From contig NZ_JAYKGW010000140.1 in NCBI RefSeq assembly GCF_035285525.1, forward strand, positions 22,565-54,564: 32,000 nt of DNA. Direction: 5' to 3'. This document shows, piece by piece, positions 26,233 through 32,000 of the stretch. Numbering within the stretch: the stretch's first letter is position 1; each line of letters starts with the position of its first letter. The notes beneath the pieces are model-generated. The model saw only the letters and a list, made by a program, of their open reading frames with translations. It did no database searches and was not told where the DNA came from. A program made the translations under genes and the position numbers. This stretch comes from Okeania sp. GTDB lineage: Bacteria; Cyanobacteriota; Cyanobacteriia; Cyanobacteriales; Microcoleaceae.

Positions 26233-26253
26233 CTAATAACTGATAACTGAAAC
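26233..26253 (+). repeat. CTAATAA-CTGATAA-CTGAAAC heptamer tract
   Basis: Read directly. It lies between the array and the stop codon of the convergent ABC gene. Confidence 0.8.
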
Positions 26254-26258
26254 TCCTC

Positions 26259-28013
26259 CTATTCTAATAAATTTTTCAATTTTTGTTGCTCCCAAAGTAG
26301 CTGATATAAACCAAATTTCCCTACTAACTCCACATGATTTCCTACTTGCACAATTTTCCCTTTATCCATCACAAAAATTCTATCGGCAGTAGCAGCAGCC
26401 GACATTTGATGAGAAATAAAAATTACAGTTTTCTTTTGAGTTCCTGTTGATAAATTTTGCAAAATATTAGTTGCTGTTTGATTATCAACACTGGAAAGTG
26501 CATCATCTAAAATTAATATTGGTGCATCAACTAATAATGCTCTTGCTAATGCTGTTCTTTGTCTTTGTCCGCCTGATAAAGTAATTCCTCTTTCTCCAAC
26601 TATGGTTTCATATTGTTGGGGAAAATTGAGAATTTCTGAATGAATTTGTGCTTGTTTGGCAGCAAATTCTATTTCCTTTTGTTCTCTTAACGGCTCTCCA
26701 TAACAAATATTATTTTTGATAGTTGTACTAAACAAAAAACTTTCTTGAGGAACATAAGCGATCGCCCGACGTAAATCTTTTAATTTGACTTGAGTCACAT
26801 CATAACCATCTATAAATAATTGGTCAATATCTATATTTAAAAGTCGAGGTAATGTATTTGCCAAAGTTGATTTTCCCGAACCAATAGATCCAACAATAGC
26901 AATAGTTTCTCCTGGTTTAATCAGAAAATTAATGTTGTCTAAAGCAGGGGTTTGACTACCAGGATAAGTATAAGTTAATCCTTTGCTTTTTATCCAACCT
27001 TTTACCACTTCTGGAAAAGGTAAAGGTGATTCATGGTCTTTAATTTTTGGTTCAACTGTCAGAATAGCTTCTATACGATCAATACTTACTTCTCCTCTTT
27101 GATAAGCAGTAATTGTAAAACCTAATAATGCGGTAGGAAAAACTAAACGTTCAATATAAAGAACTAAAGCTACAAAATTACCAACTGTTAATTCACCACT
27201 TTCCAAGTAACTTGAACCACTAACCAATAATATTAACAAACTTGAACTTGCTAAACTAAGGAGAATAGGAAAAAGAATATTACGAGTTCTAGCTAAATCT
27301 AAATTAACATCTAAAAGTTGTTGATTTATTTTCCGAAAAGCTTGTCTTTCATTTTCTTCTTGAGCATATATTTTGATTAGAGAAATACCATTCATATCCT
27401 CTTGAATCAAATCACTTATATTAGAAAGTTTTTCTTGCACAGCTAATTGTTGACTTTGCAATTTCTGGCTAAATATTTTTACCAAAATTAGCATGACAGG
27501 ATAAACAGAAATTGCGAATAAAGTTAACCGCACATTAATAGAAAGCATAACCGGAATAGTTAAACCATAAGCAAAAATTGTATTGCTAATACTTAAAACT
27601 GCAAAACCTAATAGTCTACGAATATTATCAACATCACTTGTGGCGCGATTAATTAAATCTCCAATTCTATTATTATTAAAGTAGGATGGTTCTAATTTTA
27701 AAAGTCGATTAAAAATTTTTTGTTTCAGGTCAAATTCTACTTTTCTCCCTACTCCAAATATGAGAATACGGGAAAGTATTCTTATTACCCACATAATGGA
27801 GGCAAAAATTACAATTGTTAGGACATAAAATAAAAATTCATTAAATTTAGTTGCTACCTCCAAATCATCTATAGCTTGACTGATTAATTTAGGAATATAG
27901 ATTCCTAAAGTATTGACTATAAGTAGGAAAAAAACCCCCAATAAAGACTGTCGGTAATGAGGACGCAAATAGGAGACTAATTTTTGGAATCGTAATTGAG
28001 AAGATTGAGTCAT
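26259..28013 (-). CDS. ABC exporter with fused permease and ATPase (MsbA/MdlB-type)
   Basis: 584 aa: a 6-TM N-terminal half, Walker A GSIGSGKST, signature LSGGQRQR, Walker B ILILDDALS and H-loop ISHQ. There is no N-terminal C39 peptidase domain. Confidence 0.9.
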   Translation of the reverse strand: MTQSSQLRFQKLVSYLRPHYRQSLLGVFFLLIVNTLGIYIPKLISQAIDDLEVATKFNEFLFYVLTIVIFASIMWVIRILSRILIFGVGRKVEFDLKQKIFNRLLKLEPSYFNNNRIGDLINRATSDVDNIRRLLGFAVLSISNTIFAYGLTIPVMLSINVRLTLFAISVYPVMLILVKIFSQKLQSQQLAVQEKLSNISDLIQEDMNGISLIKIYAQEENERQAFRKINQQLLDVNLDLARTRNILFPILLSLASSSLLILLVSGSSYLESGELTVGNFVALVLYIERLVFPTALLGFTITAYQRGEVSIDRIEAILTVEPKIKDHESPLPFPEVVKGWIKSKGLTYTYPGSQTPALDNINFLIKPGETIAIVGSIGSGKSTLANTLPRLLNIDIDQLFIDGYDVTQVKLKDLRRAIAYVPQESFLFSTTIKNNICYGEPLREQKEIEFAAKQAQIHSEILNFPQQYETIVGERGITLSGGQRQRTALARALLVDAPILILDDALSSVDNQTATNILQNLSTGTQKKTVIFISHQMSAAATADRIFVMDKGKIVQVGNHVELVGKFGLYQLLWEQQKLKNLLE

Positions 28014-28447
28014 AGAAGTAATATTGAGATGTTTAATAATGCTATAACTGTAGATAGTTAAATATAGAAAAAATTGATATTTGATTCAACAAAAATTCTC
28101 TGAATTTTTGCTTAAACCAATTTGTACCAAGTACATGTATCACTACTAAATAATCTTGTCTGAGATTAAACTCAAAATATTACTGCTGGACTAACACAGT
28201 TAATTGTGTAGATTAGGGCGATTATTTAGTCTTGCGTTTGAGCATTAAAATTTTCACTAAAATCTGTCCCTACTATTACATAATTTTAAGTTTGTTAGTC
28301 TAGTACAATCTTTTAATATAACATTTTTCATGTTACAGAAGTAAAGTTGTTTTGTTGGTTTTTTATCGAATAATTAATAACTATTAATTGCTGAATCCCC
28401 TACTCCCTAAAACCAAGGAATTTTTTACCGAAAATTTGGGGTATGTG

Positions 28448-28532
28448 TTTCCCCTTTCAAGGGTATGAAAAAAATCAATTCAGTATTTAAAAGCTACGAG
28501 ATACTAATAACTGATAACTGATAACTAAAATG
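28448..28532 (+). repeat. Composite 'two-hairpin + (CTGATAA)n' element, copy 2 (degenerate)
   Basis: TTTCCCCTTTCAAGGGTATGAAAAAAATCAATTCAGTATTTAAAAGC...CTAATAACTGATAACTGATAACTAAAATG. The terminal ATG is the start of ORF 28530. Confidence 0.7.
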
Positions 28533-28886
28533 CATGAGAATTGCTATATATTCACTATAATATTTGCCACAATAGGATTAACAAATATGAGCAAAGAATT
28601 TTCTCTTAAATTTAATGTCAATGATGATGACACTATTGATACTAATTCTATTAAAATTAAACTTGAAAAACCCAAAAAGAGACCACCAAAAACACCACCA
28701 GGACAGGATTTTACTATTATATTATTAATGATAATTTTAGGTATTATCTTGATTGTTAGATTTTTCATACCAGCTAGTGTAGAGAATACAACCGAACAAT
28801 CACCTGAACCTGAACCTACTAACTCTCAAAATAATTCAACTGCTAAATCTTCTAATAGTCTTCTAGTAGAAACCGGGAATAGATAA
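28530..28886 (+). CDS. Hypothetical single-pass membrane protein
   Basis: 118-aa ORF with one strong TM segment (FTIILLMIILGIILIVRFFI), a basic or Pro-rich segment before it and a Ser/Asn/Pro-rich tail. An alternative start is M20 at 28587. The coding status is uncertain. Confidence 0.4.
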   Translation: MHENCYIFTIIFATIGLTNMSKEFSLKFNVNDDDTIDTNSIKIKLEKPKKRPPKTPPGQDFTIILLMIILGIILIVRFFIPASVENTTEQSPEPEPTNSQNNSTAKSSNSLLVETGNR

Positions 28887-29459
28887 GATATTCTTGAGAA
28901 GAATGTAGGGATTTTTTTTACTTTTACTTTGGCAATAATTCTCATACCAATTTCATACAATTTTGCTATATTCACGATGCAGAGAATAAGGAAAATGGAG
29001 AATAAAAATATAATAAAAAAGAGGAAAAAGTTTAATTATTACAATTCAAAAAAGCCTTAAAGTTAAGGTTAACGTTGGCATTAGTGCAGCTCCTATGCAA
29101 GAGGCAGTATTCCGTAGGAAAGTTCCTCTGTTAGGGAAGTTCATCCACAGGAGGAAAGAGACAGCTAACTTCTGTTTGCGGAGAATTAAGGAGGAAAAAA
29201 TTCACGAAAATTGATTTTCGCTAACAGTAAAATTTTCGTTTTTTATTTCTCCAATTTTTTTCATCAAATAAAAATGCCCATCTCTCAAAAAGTTTTTTAA
29301 GCAGGGCATAAACTCTATAGCAGTCCTATTTTATTTGTCAAAAATATTGGCACTTTTTGGGAATTAGCAATTGGCAACAATTTCGGTGTTTATTTCTAAT
29401 TTTTTAATTCTTACATCCTATCTAAGATTGCTATGTTTGTGATGAAAGAAAAAAGTTAT

Positions 29460-30446
29460 TTAGAAACCAGGAGCTAACCAACCACGGAGGAAATAGTAAA
29501 ATAATGCCAAATATTCTTCCCAAATATCAGTAGTAAGTAAAAGTGCTTCTGTGTTCGGAAGAAAATCTGCTAGTACAAAACGATAAGAAGAATCTTCATA
29601 AGGGTTAACAGTATTAAAATCTGTAGGAGCTGGAATAACCTTCATACCTAAATCAGTAAAAGTTAAACTAGCACGACGAATTTGAATAGCAGAAGTAACC
29701 AGAATAACTTTAGGTTCTAAACCTCTTTCATCTAATATTTCACGACTTTCAATAGCACTGTCATGTACCGTAGAGCTATTTGGTTCAATAATAATAGCAG
29801 AACTTGGCACATTCAATAAAGCTAAAACTCTTTTAATATCCTGAGCTTCAACTGTATTCAGGTCTTCTCCAATTCTTGGACCAGCACTAACAATAATATA
29901 AGGAGCTAAACCTTTTCTATATAATTGAGCTGCATGAATAATTCGCTCTGAAGTTTTAGTTAGCTGAACTTGTATTCTATCAGGTATTATTGGTTGAGTT
30001 GTTCCTTGACCTAATAATACTATTGCATCTGCTCTTTCATCACAACAAGCTGAAGCAGAAACAGCCTCTATCGCATCCTCTTCTGCTTGTTGAGCTGCCC
30101 ATATCGCAAATACTGGTGCGCTAGTAATTATGAGAACTATCAAGGCCGTAATAATTAGACTTGGTGCCGGATTTTTTATTCCCCCACCCGATATTAGAGT
30201 AGTGGCATAAATCAACAATATAATCGAAAAACCAAGTGGTTTAAATGCAAAAGCTAGAAACCTAAAAACAGCAGCTCCCACTGGACTATCTGGTGCATAA
30301 AATGCCAGTATTAATAGAATAACTGAAAATACCAGTAACAACTTAGAAATTAAGTGTTTCTGATCACCACCTGAATTGTCCCAAAGTGATTTAAGTATAG
30401 AAATTAATAGTATGCAAAATACTATTCTAGTTAAGATTATCAGCAT
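29460..30446 (-). CDS. DUF218 (YdcF/SanA/ElyC-like) membrane protein
   Basis: The N-terminus has several TM helices. The C-terminal domain has DUF218-like motifs (ADAIVLLGQG..., APYIIVSAG, ILVTSAIQIRRA). Confidence 0.7.
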   Translation of the reverse strand: MLIILTRIVFCILLISILKSLWDNSGGDQKHLISKLLLVFSVILLILAFYAPDSPVGAAVFRFLAFAFKPLGFSIILLIYATTLISGGGIKNPAPSLIITALIVLIITSAPVFAIWAAQQAEEDAIEAVSASACCDERADAIVLLGQGTTQPIIPDRIQVQLTKTSERIIHAAQLYRKGLAPYIIVSAGPRIGEDLNTVEAQDIKRVLALLNVPSSAIIIEPNSSTVHDSAIESREILDERGLEPKVILVTSAIQIRRASLTFTDLGMKVIPAPTDFNTVNPYEDSSYRFVLADFLPNTEALLLTTDIWEEYLALFYYFLRGWLAPGF

Positions 30447-30556
30447 AATTTTTTGGATTTTTGTCTTGAGAAAATAGTAATTTTTGGTTTACTAAATATA
30501 AGCATTCAGCACTCAGCTATCAGTTATCAGCTAATAGCTTCATTACCAAAAAAAAA

Positions 30557-30670
30557 GAGGTATAAAGCCTCCCCTTGTTCGGGGATGAAAAAAATAAATT
30601 TCATTGTTTCAAGCCTCTAGCTGAACCCAGAGGTACTGATAACTGATAACTGATAACTGATAACTGAAAT
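30557..30670 (+). repeat. Composite 'two-hairpin + (CTGATAA)n' element, copy 3
   Basis: GAGGTATAAAGCCTCCCCTTGTTCGGGGATGAAAAAAATAAATTTCATTGTTTCAAGCCTCTAGCTGAACCCAGAGGTA(CTGATAA)4CTGAAAT. Confidence 0.85.
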
Positions 30671-30935
30671 TACCTTTGATTGATAACTAGAGCTAGTCGC
30701 TATTGTGCTTCAATTCTCTGGTTAAAAATATAGTAGTATAGTAGAAGTTAAGCAAATGTTTACTTTATTAATTAAAAAGCTAATAGCTAATAGCTGTTTG
30801 CGCAGTATTCCCTAGGAAATACTTACTACTAAACTAACTGGGTTGATATAATATTGCCCCTAAATTAAAAATAAAAATCAACTGCTTTTAGCGAAACTTC
30901 AGTTAATAATTAGTTGCTTCTGTTACCAAAAAAAT

Positions 30936-31058
30936 AGGTATAAATCCTCCCCTTGTTCGGGGATGAAAAAATTTTAACTCAGTATTTCAAGCCTCTGACT
31001 AAATTCGGAGGTTTACTCTCTACTGATAACTAATAACTAATAACTGATAACTGAAATG
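30936..31058 (+). repeat. Composite 'two-hairpin + (CTGATAA)n' element, copy 4
   Basis: AGGTATAAATCCTCCCCTTGTTCGGGGATGAAAAAATTTTAACTCAGTATTTCAAGCCTCTGACTAAATTCGGAGG...CTGATAACTAATAACTAATAACTGATAACTGAAATG. Confidence 0.85.
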
Positions 31059-31124
31059 ACTGCTTGGATTACTTTAACATGACCATAACGTATATTATCA
31101 TTCACAATTACAATTAAAGTCCAA

Positions 31125-31326
31125 TATATAGCAATCCTATTTGATTCGTTTATAAAATTTCATTCCTTTTAGGGAGTAGTGGTGCGACCCCGCGTAGGTG
31201 AAAATTGCAAGTGGTCAGACCCCTTGCCAGCCTTCCCTGGCGCTGGCCAAGAGAGAAAACAGGTGGGAGTTTCAGTTTATTATTTACTTTATTAATTTGT
31301 CACAACCTATTTAGGATTGCTATATA
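31125..31326. repeat. Inverted-repeat-bounded element of about 200 bp with a GC-rich core
   Basis: TATATAGCAATCCTA at 31125-31139 is the exact reverse complement of TAGGATTGCTATATA at 31312-31326. The core at about 31175-31270 is markedly GC-rich in a very AT-rich region. Confidence 0.6.
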
Positions 31327-31542
31327 GTTAGGTGTTTTATACCCTAACCCTAAATCACAAGTTCATACTGTAATTAAAACACAGATATTTTTGATGACAC
31401 GCCCTAGAAATAAAAAACAATAATTTTCAACTATACCAGGGCTTAGGCAGCGACCCTAGATATAGTGCTTTTAACCCCATGCGCAATAGTTTTTTAACTC
31501 TATATCATAGTACTTTTGTGTAAGTCCTGTATACTTTGTATT

Positions 31543-31642
31543 AGGAGTTACGCAGAAACCGGGTTTATCAACGAAATTTTGTGGTTTGAACAACAATATC
31601 ACGGCAATAAACCGGGTTGATTGGTTGTTTTGCGCAAGCCCT
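31543..31642. mobile_element. MITE-like element (AGGAGTTACGCA...TGCGCAAGCCCT), related to 6883-6966
   Basis: The interior CAGAAACCGGGTTTATCAACGAAATTTTGTGGTTTGAAC is nearly identical to 6893-6931. A solo end, TGTGTAAGTCCT, lies at 31518-31529. Confidence 0.7.
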
Positions 31643-31659
31643 ATTTATGTGAAGTATGT

Positions 31660-31780
31660 CATTTCAGTTATCAGTTATCAGTACCTCCTACTGAAGTAGG
31701 AAACTTCAAATAAATCAATTTTTTTTTCATCCCCTTGTAGAGCGACAGCTCGTGGCGCAGCCAAGGGGAGGCTTGAGACC
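31660..31780 (-). repeat. Composite 'two-hairpin + (CTGATAA)n' element, copy 5 (inverted)
   Basis: The reverse complement reads GGTCTCAAGCCTCCCCTTGGCTGCGCCACGAGCTGTCGCTCTACAAGGGGATGAAAAAAAAATTGATTTATTTGAAGTTTCCTACTTCAGTAGGAGGTACTGATAACTGATAACTGAAATG. It belongs to the same long-loop subfamily as copy 1. Confidence 0.85.
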
Positions 31781-32000
31781 TTATTTATTCGTCAAAATAC
31801 TCATTCATTCTTTATTGACTTTTAAACTTTATTGTGTTATAGAGAAAATTTTTTAATATTGTAGTGTATTAATAAAACTTATAAATAAATTAAAGAATAA
31901 ATTACTTAACACCCCTTTACAAATAGAAATAAACTAGCTAAAGTAATATTAACGGTCAAGGAAAAAAAACCGAAGACCGCCGTACCTCGAAAATTTCATA

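Noticed and set aside
25305-26253. An NsiR1-like tandem small-RNA array, as known upstream of hetF in Anabaena.
   Set aside because: I see no DIF-type TCCGGA motif in the units, the genomic context differs (leuB and an ABC exporter, not hetF), and I cannot match the sequence from memory. Only the general tandem small-RNA idea is kept as a hypothesis.
31175-31270. A riboswitch (cobalamin or guanidine-I) or SRP/6S RNA assignment for the GC-rich core.
   Set aside because: Short resemblances (GGTGAAAAT, TAGGGAG, GGTCAGACC) do not line up with the conserved cores of those families as I remember them, and no downstream gene follows. It is kept only as an unassigned structured-RNA candidate.
1-32000. 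A search for tRNA, rRNA, transposase, integrase, reverse transcriptase or cas genes that might explain the repeats.
   Set aside because: No ORF or sequence with those signatures was seen on either strand. The mobile-looking elements are all short and non-autonomous, of the MITE or STRR type.

Overview
The window looks like chromosomal DNA from a filamentous, Nostocales-type cyanobacterium. Support: many HIP1 octamers (GCGATCGC), many heptamer tandem repeats (STRR) in spacers, an SLH-OprB porin and a MEKHLA-domain gene. About 20 plausible genes sit in unusually long, repeat-filled spacers. Recognisable genes are a photolyase 5' end, a NUDIX hydrolase, a peptide-type ABC permease, two tandem 2OG-Fe(II) oxygenase paralogs, an AtzG-like/AtzE-like amidase pair, a porin, a PhoX/DUF839-like RTX protein, a fatty acyl-AMP ligase (FAAL) with an ACP-fused alpha-oxoamine synthase, fructosamine kinase, leuB, an MsbA-type ABC exporter and a DUF218 protein. 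I found no rRNA, tRNA, CRISPR array, transposase or integrase. Four candidates for something new stand out. (1) At 25.3-26.25 kb, five 115-bp tandem units are bracketed by two 128-bp inverted-repeat elements; the units are identical except for a 14-nt hypervariable patch, and each carries -10-like boxes, a 25-codon ORF and a conserved stem-loop. (2) A composite element occurs five times: hairpin, A-run, second hairpin with compensatory changes, then (CTGATAA)n ending in CTGAAATG. It often abuts start codons and splits the AtzG/AtzE-like pair. (3) An AT-rich islet holds a translationally coupled ABC/AAA-type ATPase (frameshifted) plus a small PD-(D/E)xK-like protein, a defence-system-like pair. 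(4) The FAAL and ACP-fused synthase form a two-gene cassette predicted to make a long-chain alpha-aminoketone. All functional calls rest on motif recognition by eye; no database search was run.
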